A stretch of 64,000 nt of DNA from an uncultured Methanobrevibacter sp. GTDB lineage: Archaea; Methanobacteriota; Methanobacteria; Methanobacteriales; Methanobacteriaceae. The stretch covers positions 502 through 64,501 of the forward strand of contig ONUN01000002.1 in NCBI GenBank assembly GCA_900320955.1, read 5' to 3'. The position numbers and the translations under genes are program-made. Below, in pieces: positions 1 to 9,507 of the stretch; position 1 is the first letter of the stretch; the number at the start of each line of letters is the position of its first letter. The notes under the pieces were generated by a model. That model was not told the origin of the DNA and searched no databases. It saw nothing but the letters and a program-made list of their open reading frames with translations.

Positions 1-232
1 AACACTCAACAAAACACTGCCAGAAATAGTCTCATTCAAAGAAATCTTAACAACGAGACGCAGTGAAATATTCACTTCCAGCATAATAAACAACAGCATC
101 ATATCTTCCAACAGCCAAACCGGAAACAGCCTGACTACCTACACCATTCCTGACAGAAACAGTATAATTGGAACCGCCAACACTCAACAAAACACTGCCG
201 GATATTGTCTCATTCAAAGAAATCTTAACAAC
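1..232. repeat. Direct repeat of the adhesin Ig unit (1-54 vs 179-232)
   Basis: 51 of 54 nt identical, offset 178 nt (not a multiple of 3). Confidence 0.9.
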
Positions 233-3200
233 AGCACTTTGACCAGCATCAACATCATCCACACTCACAGACAACTTAGGGTCAATCTTGGTTGCATTTG
301 AATTCATGACTTTAAAGTAATCATAAAATCCTTGTGCCCACCACCATGTTGTAAATGAGAATCTGAAAAAGCCGTACTTGTCACTTGTAACATTGAAATT
401 ATCCAGACTCCAATATCCTGCAGGAATGTCTGAGGCTTTGAAAATGGCTGTGCCGACATAAGGGAGGGTTATTTCCTTATATTCATGGTCACCACCCACC
501 CTGTAAATCATTATGGTAACGTTACCTGAGGAATCTTCAGGCATTTGAACTGTAAATACTGCCTCATCTCCACTGGCGACACTTGCCAATGTAACATTAT
601 CCGGCCATATTATGAATCTTTCAGTATCTTCAAATTCATAGTCGCTTCCTACATATAGAATTTTAATACCCCATAATCCCATTTCATCATATTTAAGAGA
701 TATTGTAGCCATTCCATTTGAAATAGGTACCTTATTCATAATCAAATCTTTATAATCTATTCCGGCATAAACCTGAATGTATCCGTGTGCATTTTTAGGA
801 ACTCTAATTTTATATTCAATGTTTTGCCCAATTTGGAGGTGTTCCTCATCATCAGGTCCGATTACATCAAATACTTTCATCTCGACGTCCAAATCATAAT
901 CTTCAACCTCATAGTCATCGCCCTCATATTTTACGACAAACTGATCATAAGATTTTAATTCATTAGAAAATTGGCTGAGAGCGATTTGAGCTTTTCCACC
1001 TGTAAATTCAGAACTTGCAACCTTTTTACCTCCATCCCAATCCTGGAGATAAACAGTTAAATTACCTCTTGCATCTTCAGGCAGGTATAATGTAATCAGT
1101 GAATCTTTCAAATCATCAATGAATACACGATAGCTGTCGAAGTTTTGAGTAATTTGATAGTATACGGTTGTATTGAATCTTTCTGTTTCTGAAGGATATT
1201 TTTCATCACCGCTGTATATTACTGTTGTTTCATATTTACCTGCAGGAACGCCTGTAATGTGGAATGTGGCTTTGCCGTCTTTAACAGTTTCCTTGAATTC
1301 TTTTCCATTAATTATTACCTTTACATCACCTGTAGCATTGCTTGGTAAATATACTGTTGCCTCACCGTCGTCATAAACCAAATCGTCAATATATAGAGAA
1401 TATCTGTATTTTGCATTGACACTGCCAGTTTTGCTTGAAGAGGCATAATTTCCATTTTGATAAGCGAGGGTTACTGTGTGATTTCCATAGCTCAATGAAC
1501 CCAAATCGAAATAAACATTTGAACCGAGGATTTTTTCGCTTCCAGTTTCCACGCCGTCCACTATCAATTTTGCTTCACCAGTTACATCTTTTGAAACCAC
1601 TATAGAAGTTGTGGATGAACTGCCATAGCGTTCTTCAATAATAATATTCTCAGGGATGTGAAAGTTAATGTAAGTCACATTGAAAGAATCATAAGCTGTT
1701 GAAGGAACGAAATAGTCGTCGGAAACTTCAAATCTCACATCATGTTTTCCCAATGTCAAATTGTCTGTTCCAAAGTATACATAACCATCTTTAGTCACAT
1801 CATATAAAACACCATCAACATAGACTTTTACATTACAATCATTAATATTTAACCCTACAAAATAGCTTTCCTTGCCCTTTACAGGAACCTGATAGTCATG
1901 TTCATCAAGTTTCAATTTAGTTTCAGGACTTTGATCCATTATTGTAGGATGGAAATAACCACTATAACGATAACTGTCTTCATCGTCATAATATAAATTT
2001 AACCCCCCAGCATAATCAAATTTTGAAGCGTTTACGACAAATTTTCCTTTTCCATTAACGACATTGTATGTTTTTTCTTCATCACCCACATTCACAGTCA
2101 AAACACCATTGTAATTGTCAGGCAATATAAATTCACAGTCATATACTCCATTTTTCCACATTTTTGCAGGGAAAACAACTTTTGGATTGAATGAAACACC
2201 TATATTATACATTTCATCATATACGTTACTGTCCCCACCTGCCATGCCAACTTCATAATCGCTTCCTGTATAATTTGCATAAATTTTGTGATATCCCGGA
2301 CCTAAACCTGACAGGGATTCATTGACAATTCCATTTTCGACTTTTACATTTTTGATTAGGGTAAATACAGGATGATATTCATATTTATCATCCCAGGAAG
2401 ATTCAACTTCATATATGTTCAAATCCCCTTTTGCATCACTCGGCAATTGCAATATAAGGTATGCCACACCATCATATGGGATTTCTTGTGGAATAATTTC
2501 AACCAGATACTTAACATCAATCAGACAGTAATCAGTTTTAACAGGACCCCTGTCAGGAATAAATGAAAAACTGATGTTGTTTCTTCCTATTTTTAAATCC
2601 TGCCCCTTGACAAATATTCTAGGCAAGTCTTCGTCTGAAACTGTATATTTTTTACCGTTAACTACATATTCTACACTGCCTGAAATGGAAGGAAGCACTA
2701 CATAAAATTCAACATCCTCACCATACTGATAAGCATCCAGGGAATCTTCATATTCCGGACGTACATAAAATCCATATGTAAACTCAACATTGGCGGATTT
2801 TACAAATCCATCATTACTTTCATCACCGGAATAAATAAAGTCTACCTTATAAGTTCCATAATCGAGATTATGAATATTCAACTCGCTTAACTCAACATAA
2901 CCATAATCTAAATCAGTAGTATTATAAACTTCACTTCCATTAACATGGATTGCAACAGAACCTCCTACCTCATCATAAAAATTATAAGAAAGAAATTCAG
3001 ATTCTTCATCATCAATATTAACGCTTTTAGCAAAAGTTATCTCATAGTCCTCTTCATAATATTCGTATTCGTCCGTCAGATTTTCATCATCTTCAACGAC
3101 AGCAAGCTTATCAACATCCAAGCTTGTCTGCTCGTTTGAAACTGTCAGGTTATCTGAATCATGACCATCAGATGCACTGACAGTACCTATTGCCAATATT

Positions 3201-3244
3201 GCCAGCAGCAATATGCTGACAAACATTATACTTTTAAATTTCAT
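47..3244 (-). CDS. Adhesin-like surface protein with Ig-like (Big_3-type) repeats; 3' end frameshifted or truncated inside the repeat tract
   Basis: Signal peptide MKFKSIMFVSILLLAILAIGTVSAS at ATG 3244 (GGGAG SD), acidic N-terminus, repeated 'G.Y.....YSGD..Y' Ig motifs. The stop at 47-49 falls where the next repeat continues out of frame. Confidence 0.85.
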   Translation of the reverse strand: MKFKSIMFVSILLLAILAIGTVSASDGHDSDNLTVSNEQTSLDVDKLAVVEDDENLTDEYEYYEEDYEITFAKSVNIDDEESEFLSYNFYDEVGGSVAIHVNGSEVYNTTDLDYGYVELSELNIHNLDYGTYKVDFIYSGDESNDGFVKSANVEFTYGFYVRPEYEDSLDAYQYGEDVEFYVVLPSISGSVEYVVNGKKYTVSDEDLPRIFVKGQDLKIGRNNISFSFIPDRGPVKTDYCLIDVKYLVEIIPQEIPYDGVAYLILQLPSDAKGDLNIYEVESSWDDKYEYHPVFTLIKNVKVENGIVNESLSGLGPGYHKIYANYTGSDYEVGMAGGDSNVYDEMYNIGVSFNPKVVFPAKMWKNGVYDCEFILPDNYNGVLTVNVGDEEKTYNVVNGKGKFVVNASKFDYAGGLNLYYDDEDSYRYSGYFHPTIMDQSPETKLKLDEHDYQVPVKGKESYFVGLNINDCNVKVYVDGVLYDVTKDGYVYFGTDNLTLGKHDVRFEVSDDYFVPSTAYDSFNVTYINFHIPENIIIEERYGSSSTTSIVVSKDVTGEAKLIVDGVETGSEKILGSNVYFDLGSLSYGNHTVTLAYQNGNYASSSKTGSVNAKYRYSLYIDDLVYDDGEATVYLPSNATGDVKVIINGKEFKETVKDGKATFHITGVPAGKYETTVIYSGDEKYPSETERFNTTVYYQITQNFDSYRVFIDDLKDSLITLYLPEDARGNLTVYLQDWDGGKKVASSEFTGGKAQIALSQFSNELKSYDQFVVKYEGDDYEVEDYDLDVEMKVFDVIGPDDEEHLQIGQNIEYKIRVPKNAHGYIQVYAGIDYKDLIMNKVPISNGMATISLKYDEMGLWGIKILYVGSDYEFEDTERFIIWPDNVTLASVASGDEAVFTVQMPEDSSGNVTIMIYRVGGDHEYKEITLPYVGTAIFKASDIPAGYWSLDNFNVTSDKYGFFRFSFTTWWWAQGFYDYFKVMNSNATKIDPKLSVSVDDVDAGQSAVVKISLNETISGSVLLSVGGSNYTVSVRNGVGSQAVSGLAVGRYDAVVYYAGSEYFTASRC

Positions 3245-3396
3245 AATTTTTCTCCCATAATGCATGTAAAATATTGGATATTTTACATAAGTGACATTAT
3301 ATGATATAATTTTTGTAAAAAAATAAATATAAGTCAACTAAAGCAATTGCTTTAATTAAGAATTTTTTTTAAGATGCAATCTGCCCTTAAATTTGA

Positions 3397-3597
3397 CTGT
3401 ACCATGTCCTCTTTTTAACCATATGGCAACACATTTTTCATCCAAACAACCAAATCAGACATCCCAATCGAGAAAAACAAAAAAAAGTCTTAGATGAATT
3501 GAAAGACGAATACTGTAAGCTGGTTAATGAGAAAAACAGTTATGATGTCCTGGATGAAATAGATGTTATGAAAGATGATGAAAAAGACAACGATTAA
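3397..3597 (+). pseudogene. Start-less open frame, possible 3' gene remnant
   Basis: About 66 open codons (…REKQKKVLDELKDEYCKLVNEKNSYDVLDEIDVMKDDEKDND*) with protein-like composition, but no upstream start codon or SD. Confidence 0.3.
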
Positions 3598-3683
3598 TAG
3601 TCACCAGTATTAAACACAAAAATAATTTTTGAATGGAAGTTGTCGATGTTGATGTCTTAGATAAGACAAGGATTGCACAACTA

Positions 3684-4298
3684 TTAATCTTGCATTTCAC
3701 TTTTTAATTTCTTAGAATAGGCGATATTCTTTTCCATTCTGGAGACCATATCATTTTTTTCAATCAGCAATGACCTCATATATGAATCTGAAGAATTGGT
3801 CCACCTATTTTCCCTGCGAAAATTCACCACCCATTCATAATGTTCATTAATAATGTCAATAGCTACAGAATATGCGTCAATGGCCTCATCAAATCTGTCC
3901 AACTGATTTAATGTATCCCCAATCCATTCCCATATGATATAATCATCAATCTCTCTATGAGAAGACAATGACTGTTTAAAAAGAGGCAATGCTTCTTCAT
4001 ACATTCCCGCATAGTAATATGCCTTTGCCTTATCCTTAATAATCAAACGGGAATATGATATTTCAAGCAGCCCATCATACCATTCAATGGCTTCAAGATA
4101 CTTTCCCTCATCCATCAGCTTCTTTATTTTTTGGCTAAAATAGCTTCGAACATTTCTTTTTCTCTCTTCTTGTATTTCAAACTCTTTTGATTTACTTCCA
4201 GCTTTTTCATCATCAGAACTTCCGGAAAATGTTGTTCCACAGCTGCAGATGTTTGATCCTGGAGAAACGTAACTTCCGCAATTCGGACAATATGGCAT
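3684..4298 (-). CDS. Zinc-ribbon + TPR protein
   Basis: MPYCPNCG…CSCG N-terminus, TPR helices (KAKAYYYAGMYEEAL; IGDTLNQLDRFDEAIDAY), GAGGT SD before ATG 4298. Confidence 0.8.
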   Translation of the reverse strand: MPYCPNCGSYVSPGSNICSCGTTFSGSSDDEKAGSKSKEFEIQEERKRNVRSYFSQKIKKLMDEGKYLEAIEWYDGLLEISYSRLIIKDKAKAYYYAGMYEEALPLFKQSLSSHREIDDYIIWEWIGDTLNQLDRFDEAIDAYSVAIDIINEHYEWVVNFRRENRWTNSSDSYMRSLLIEKNDMVSRMEKNIAYSKKLKSEMQD

Positions 4299-4299
4299 T

Positions 4300-4554
4300 T
4301 TATACCTCATTAAAATATTCGCTAACCTTCTCGCCCTTATCGGTCAGCCTGTAGAGTCTGCCTTTTCTGACTTCAGGATTGATGCATTCGATAAGCTCAT
4401 GTTCATTTAACTGTTTTAGGACATTTGAAATGTGGTTTTGATATATCTCAGTATCCCTTGCAATCTCTGATGGAATCTTTGCCTCGCCATCCAGAGACTT
4501 CATTACCTTTAATCTGTATTGAGACCGCTTAACATAATTGATTTCATCAGCCAT
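4300..4554 (-). CDS. Small winged-helix (ArsR/MarR-like) transcriptional regulator
   Basis: PSEIARDTEIYQNHISNVLKQL…GRLYRLTDKG wHTH signature, GGGAGG SD. Confidence 0.85.
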   Translation of the reverse strand: MADEINYVKRSQYRLKVMKSLDGEAKIPSEIARDTEIYQNHISNVLKQLNEHELIECINPEVRKGRLYRLTDKGEKVSEYFNEV

Positions 4555-4578
4555 AAGACTTATCCTCCCAATAGTTGT

Positions 4579-4827
4579 TTAAAAAAAGCCAAAAATTGCA
4601 AATGCTATAAATATGATTACAACAAATATGCAGCATGCCACCCATGTTGATGACCTGTCATCATTTACGGAATTTGTTGTAGTCTGGCGATAATCCCCAT
4701 CCTCTTCTATTGTAGGAACATGGACTATTTCCTCTTCGGGAATGTCATTTTTCTGCAGGCCCATTCCGCAGTTTCTGCAAAATTTGGCATTGTCTGGATT
4801 TGTTGTATCGCAATTCGGACATTTCAT
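4579..4827 (-). CDS. Zinc-ribbon protein with C-terminal transmembrane helix
   Basis: CPNC…FCRNCG ribbon and a hydrophobic C-terminus. Confidence 0.8.
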   Translation of the reverse strand: MKCPNCDTTNPDNAKFCRNCGMGLQKNDIPEEEIVHVPTIEEDGDYRQTTTNSVNDDRSSTWVACCIFVVIIFIAFAIFGFF

Positions 4828-4865
4828 ATAATAAACCCCATATTAATTTAAATTAAAAATATTGC

Positions 4866-4973
4866 ACCGCCGGTGTAAAATCCCCCGATTCATTGCAAAG
4901 GAGAAATCAGCGGTTTTAAAAGATAAACATGAATACATGATTGTTTAAAGGTTTGTCAAATAAAATATATAAA
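4866..4973 (-). promoter_or_regulatory. TATA box and GC-rich 5'-UTR stem-loop upstream of the Zn-ribbon/wHTH/TPR genes
   Basis: TTTATATA on the minus strand at 4966-4973. Stem ACCGCUG/CGGCGGU (4866-4914) with G-U pairs on the minus strand. Confidence 0.4.
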
Positions 4974-5091
4974 AGTTATTGGTTTTCCAATTCAAAAACC
5001 TGAACTGCCTCAACAGTTCATTTTCTCACTCCAACATTACACTTTCAGCCACAATGCACCAGATACTTTGATATCCCTTTTGAAAGACATA

Positions 5092-5967
5092 TTAAATCAG
5101 CCTTCCAATGGCAAACTGTATATCGGCATATCTTTCCAAATACAGCACGTATTCTGCCTGAGCTACCCCATGAATCCTGTCCTTGATTTCGGATGCTGCA
5201 GATGTCAAAGCGCTTTTCGTATAGTCGTTGTTTGCAACATAACCTATCTTTTCGCTTCCGACAAATACTGCAACGGCATCAGGGTCAAATTTATTGTAGG
5301 GTTCCCTTACAAGCTTCAATTCCATGCCCTGTGAAAGGCTTATGTCGTTTTTGTAAAACTGCATTCCTGTAATCGTGAAGAGATCCGATTTGACATATCC
5401 TTTAACGGTTTCGACGTTATTGTGATATTTATTTTCATAGTTGATGTAGAAATCAATCGTATCCCTTTGACTGAAATAATCTTCAATGTTTTCTTCGCTT
5501 TTGTCTCCCGGAAGTGCATCAATTGCCCTTCTGTTTATTTCCCATGCTTCATTTAATGTTGGAATCCCGTCAGGCTTTTTCTTTGCTTCTTCGATAAGAT
5601 TTCCTGCCCAATAGCGAAGCATCCTTGCCTTGTTGTCAAAAACTAAATTCTGGGGTGACAGTCGAAGGGATTGGTCATAGCATTTTTCCGCCTCGCCGTA
5701 TCTTCCCATGAAATCCAGGATAATCGCCTTTATGTTCCAATTTCCGGCATTCAGGCCATCCATACCCAGTGCCAGATTGATATTTTGAAGTGCTGCTTCA
5801 TATTTGCATTGGTTGCAAAGGTTCCATGCCTTTCTTGAATATTTATCCGCTTCGAGTTTATTGGGGAGAAAGTCATCTTCATTGTCATCGTTTCCATAGC
5901 TCTGGTTCTGGGCGTCCATAAATCCGTCGCCCCAGTCCACAGGATCTCCTATGTGCCATTCATACAT
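5092..5967 (-). CDS. TPR + C-terminal HIRAN domain protein
   Basis: TPR repeats, then HIRAN motif LKLVREPYNKFDPDAVAV…KIGYV. AGGTGA SD. Confidence 0.85.
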   Translation of the reverse strand: MYEWHIGDPVDWGDGFMDAQNQSYGNDDNEDDFLPNKLEADKYSRKAWNLCNQCKYEAALQNINLALGMDGLNAGNWNIKAIILDFMGRYGEAEKCYDQSLRLSPQNLVFDNKARMLRYWAGNLIEEAKKKPDGIPTLNEAWEINRRAIDALPGDKSEENIEDYFSQRDTIDFYINYENKYHNNVETVKGYVKSDLFTITGMQFYKNDISLSQGMELKLVREPYNKFDPDAVAVFVGSEKIGYVANNDYTKSALTSAASEIKDRIHGVAQAEYVLYLERYADIQFAIGRLI

Positions 5968-5983
5968 TCCATCACCTTTTCAA

Positions 5984-6292
5984 TCATAACGGCTGCAGTC
6001 TCATTTCATCCAATCTTTTGCGCAAATTGGCGAAGGTGCCATTTTGACCACATTCCTCGAAAAGTGATTCGTCACCGAAATGATGCTCTGCCCTTTCGAT
6101 GAAGGTGTAAATTGTAACAATCTCATCAAATGTCAACTTTTCCTCGGACAGTTCCAAAAGGCCGGTTTTAGAATACTTCTTTTCCATCTTATCCATATTT
6201 TCAAGATAGTCTATATCAAAAGCAGGGTGTCTGCAACCCGGACAATTCAGATGCCCTTCAATGAGTTTTTCGCCGCAAAAATGACAATCCAT
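5984..6292 (-). CDS. Small zinc-ribbon hypothetical protein
   Basis: CHFC…CPGC and a GAGGTG SD. Confidence 0.75.
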   Translation of the reverse strand: MDCHFCGEKLIEGHLNCPGCRHPAFDIDYLENMDKMEKKYSKTGLLELSEEKLTFDEIVTIYTFIERAEHHFGDESLFEECGQNGTFANLRKRLDEMRLQPL

Positions 6293-6340
6293 ATTTATTA
6301 CACCTCACAAAAATCTGTATTTAATTATGTGTGTTAGTTG

Positions 6341-6790
6341 TTAATAACTTTTTTCAATAGCAAAAATTCTTCCATGAGTTTTCAACAAATACTTTCCATC
6401 CCCAAGCCTATCTGAATTTAAGATTTTGCCATCACTAATCATCATTGTGTAAACTTCAACATCATTTTCCTCACACCAACAACATATTATATTTAACATG
6501 TGCAAAATCTCATGAAAGTTTCCAGTACCATAGCACATATTTTCCATGCATTTACCCAAACTGCAAGTAAAATTATGTCCATCCAAAGTAACTTTCCTGT
6601 CTGCATCTTCAACCCCGTCATTTTCAAGCATTTTATCTATGCGCAAATAGTCATTAGTTCTTTTTTGAGTTAAATTCATCATGTTTAACATATTATCTTT
6701 TTCAATGGTTGAATTAATGTTCAAATCGTTTAAGCATTGCCCAATATAATATTTCATGGCATTATAGAAATATAAGATTCCAAACCCCAT
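6341..6790 (-). CDS. Hypothetical protein (Cys-containing)
   Basis: 149-aa ORF co-oriented with its neighbours; true start uncertain, no family recognised. Confidence 0.55.
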   Translation of the reverse strand: MGFGILYFYNAMKYYIGQCLNDLNINSTIEKDNMLNMMNLTQKRTNDYLRIDKMLENDGVEDADRKVTLDGHNFTCSLGKCMENMCYGTGNFHEILHMLNIICCWCEENDVEVYTMMISDGKILNSDRLGDGKYLLKTHGRIFAIEKSY

Positions 6791-6964
6791 TAGCAGGTTT
6801 ATTTAAAAAAAAAGTGAATTGAAACCTAATGAATACTGACTCCGTTAAATTGACAGTTATTGCAGAATCAATTGAAAATGAAGGAATATCTAAACTGGTG
6901 AAAAATTAGGCTTATATTGGCAATTTGAATAGCATTTGGGAAACTTTGAAAAATAGTTTTTTGT

Positions 6965-7070
6965 GATAATGTCTATATTGCAGGAAATTAACCTGCAATA
7001 CTACCCTTAGACATTATCTTTTAAATACCCATAAGGGAGGTTAACTTTTATGTTAACTCTCTTGTGTATT
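6965..7070. ncRNA. Candidate structured RNA with two hairpins
   Basis: Perfect IR GATAATGTCTA/TAGACATTATC (6965-6975/7008-7018) enclosing TATTGCAGG/CCTGCAATA. A second, imperfect stem at 7024-7070 covers AGGGAGG and an ATG. Confidence 0.4.
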
Positions 7071-7124
7071 ATCTATTATGGAATGTCATATATAAATATA
7101 ATTATTATTTGTGAAAGCAATTAG
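7050..7124 (+). CDS. Candidate 24-aa hydrophobic micro-peptide MLTLLCIIYYGMSYINIIIICESN
   Basis: AGGGAGG SD at 7034-7040, ATG 7050, TAG 7122-7124. Confidence 0.25.
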   Translation: MLTLLCIIYYGMSYINIIIICESN

Positions 7125-7238
7125 CTAGTGTTCTTCTCAGGCGAAAAAGCCTCACGAAAACTCAGAGTAGTGTTTTCAACATTCCTTCACAGAAATTGAG
7201 TTTAACTAATTACTTCTAATGTGAGGTGAAGTGAGACA

Positions 7239-7445
7239 TTATCTGCCTATCACGGTGTGCATTAATATCTTTAATATCAATATATTGACAATAATCTCGA
7301 TATTAAAGAAATATGCAATTATTAGGAACATAATTGTCTCCAAGACCTTCACATCCATATTATGGGTATTTACGGATGCATCAACACATTTCTTTTGGAA
7401 AATGGTAATGATTAGCGATGAAATATCACTTGATTTTAAGTTCAT
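7239..7445 (-). CDS. Small hydrophobic hypothetical protein (68 aa)
   Basis: Consensus SD GGAGGTGA just upstream of the ATG of MNLKSS; hydrophobic C-terminal half. Confidence 0.5.
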   Translation of the reverse strand: MNLKSSDISSLIITIFQKKCVDASVNTHNMDVKVLETIMFLIIAYFFNIEIIVNILILKILMHTVIGR

Positions 7446-7697
7446 ATTTATCACCTCCGCTGAGGCCTTTTAACAACTTTATTTTTGGTTTAAAAGATAT
7501 AAATAGCTTGTTGAAGCCATTTTAAAAAATTGCAGTCGTTAAAACATAATATATAAAGTTTTTAATTATAATTTTTAAAAAAATAGAATTTAACGTATGA
7601 TTTATATCCAAGTGAACTAAATCAGAAGATTCTTTTCGAAGCAAGTTCCAAAAGGGATTACTATTTCTTGACATAATTCAAAAACAGCAAAAAAAAA

Positions 7698-7946
7698 TCA
7701 TAGCTTCCAGATATCCATCTTGCTTTTCTTATCGAAATATTGATTAGGATTCTGCACGCTGTCAAGGGAGGGATTTGGCGAAAACATGGGGCATGTGTCG
7801 GTCGGATTTGTGTGACCATGACCCCTTGTGCAGACTACATTCTTTGAAGCACCCCTCAACTGCAATTCAACTCTCCAATGCCTGCAGTTCAAGCATACTT
7901 TATCATAATTCACATCACCTATTGGGATTCCATCAATTTCATGCAA
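7698..7946 (-). CDS. Small Cys/His-rich protein
   Basis: CLNCRHW…CTRGHGH…C. A GGTGA SD suggests a TTG start at 7946. Confidence 0.65.
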   Translation of the reverse strand: MHEIDGIPIGDVNYDKVCLNCRHWRVELQLRGASKNVVCTRGHGHTNPTDTCPMFSPNPSLDSVQNPNQYFDKKSKMDIWKL

Positions 7947-8030
7947 TTTAATCACCGTTGATTTCAACACCAAATCTACTTTTTTAAACAATTGCAATCC
8001 AATCCTAATTTTAAACATTGAATCGCAGAA

Positions 8031-9503
8031 TTAATCATCACCAGTCACTTGCCTGAATTTTTCCCAAATCTTTACCATGGCCAAAGTGTCAAGCCTGCAG
8101 TAGTCAAGCAGGGCTTTTCTTATTGGCTTTTGCTCTTCAGCTGATTTATTCTTCAAGCTTAAAAATGCATTTGATGCCTCATCTCCCTTGTGCACCAATG
8201 ACAGTTCATTGTAATCAAGTTCAGGATCATCAGGAAAGAGTGCAGGCAAAACCTTTTTGATTGAATAGGAGCCTTCCATCTCCCTTGTGTAATAGTTCCT
8301 TTCACGAAACGGCACCATCAAATCAACCATGTTTGCGTTGAATCTCCCCATATCCTCCTTAAATTCAGGATACATTTCACCGATTTCCTTGTTTCGTGTA
8401 GCTTCAAATGCCTTGTTGTAGACGATTACGCTGCCGTTTTCAGGCATGTCCCGAATCATGCTCAAAGCAAAGTTTCTAATCAGATTATCATTATCTGCAT
8501 CTGCCAGAAATTCCTTATGCTTTAATGCAGCACCTTCCTTTTCGATGATATGTAGCGAGTACTGGAATGGAATCTGCTGATATGGTTTTGTGCCTTCGAT
8601 TTCGGGAATTGCATGCTGGCATGTTTCATAGTCTATGAAATATAAAGGATAGTTTAGACAGTTCAATACGTCATCTATTGCGGATTTGATTATTTTCGGT
8701 TCCCTGTCATGAAGCTCGAAGTCAATCTGTTCGAGGTATTTGGGGTTGAGGTCTTCATTTTCAAGGTCTTCGAATGAAATCTTTCCGTCATAGTATTTCT
8801 TGAATTTGGAGCGCCTCTGCATCACTGCAATGTCAAAGACATTGGGAGTCGGCAGGTTTTGTGTGCAGTATTTCCAGTAAGGGCACGGATATGGATTAAA
8901 GCACTGCGGCCCGATATCGATATCAGGTTCATTCTGCCCCAAATCATTGAAAACATCAATGTTAGTTTTGATTTCGTCCTGCTTTTCAAGGACAATATCG
9001 GTTACGTTCTCGATATTGAACAGCTGAGCCATATCCAGCTCGCTTCCCCTAATGTATTCGTTGTTTATGTATACAATAGCTGCCTTTTTGACTTTTAGGC
9101 CGGCATTTGTTAAAACAAAGTACTGGTATGCAACGTCATCCAGGTAGATGTCCTTGATTTCAGTTGAGCTTTTCACTTCATAGATTTCAATGCCGTCGGC
9201 ATTATTTTTAAGGATATCGACGCTGCAGAAATTGTTGTCATAAGAAAATGAGGCTTCGGTAATGACATTCGGACAGTCATTCAAAAGATTTTGGGTTTTT
9301 TCTATCCTCACGCTGATGTTACTGTCATAAGCAACATCCTCATAATCGCCGAAAAGTCCCTTTGCAAGCTCTCCAACTTTTCTTCCGGTTTCAAGAATTG
9401 CTTCACTGCCTTTATCCACCATATTATCCGGCTTGTGTTCATTAAGCCAGAGAATCTTTTCGCACTGAACGCCTTCACAGTACTTTGACTTTGACAAGTG
9501 CAC
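8031..9503 (-). CDS. DUF2779-type protein: Cas4/RecB-like PD-(D/E)XK nuclease + C-terminal DEDD/RNase H-like domain
   Basis: LSKSKY…C start, DIL…EVKSST nuclease motif, QY motif, Cys cluster C-x5-C-x5-C, then FIDYET…YN…FE…DL…YC.LDT exonuclease-like motifs. Confidence 0.8.
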   Translation of the reverse strand: MHLSKSKYCEGVQCEKILWLNEHKPDNMVDKGSEAILETGRKVGELAKGLFGDYEDVAYDSNISVRIEKTQNLLNDCPNVITEASFSYDNNFCSVDILKNNADGIEIYEVKSSTEIKDIYLDDVAYQYFVLTNAGLKVKKAAIVYINNEYIRGSELDMAQLFNIENVTDIVLEKQDEIKTNIDVFNDLGQNEPDIDIGPQCFNPYPCPYWKYCTQNLPTPNVFDIAVMQRRSKFKKYYDGKISFEDLENEDLNPKYLEQIDFELHDREPKIIKSAIDDVLNCLNYPLYFIDYETCQHAIPEIEGTKPYQQIPFQYSLHIIEKEGAALKHKEFLADADNDNLIRNFALSMIRDMPENGSVIVYNKAFEATRNKEIGEMYPEFKEDMGRFNANMVDLMVPFRERNYYTREMEGSYSIKKVLPALFPDDPELDYNELSLVHKGDEASNAFLSLKNKSAEEQKPIRKALLDYCRLDTLAMVKIWEKFRQVTGDD

Positions 9504-9507
9504 ACTA

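Noticed and set aside
5001-5035. Minus-strand GGAG…ATG AAC TGT TGA as a target of the 63718-63748 loop (ATGAACTATTGA)
   Set aside because: The match is short, is not a real gene start and lies in a terminator-like hairpin; probably chance.
6829-6909. 26-aa plus-strand ORF MNTDSVKLTVIAESIENEGISKLVKN
   Set aside because: No convincing SD or motif; cannot be distinguished from chance.
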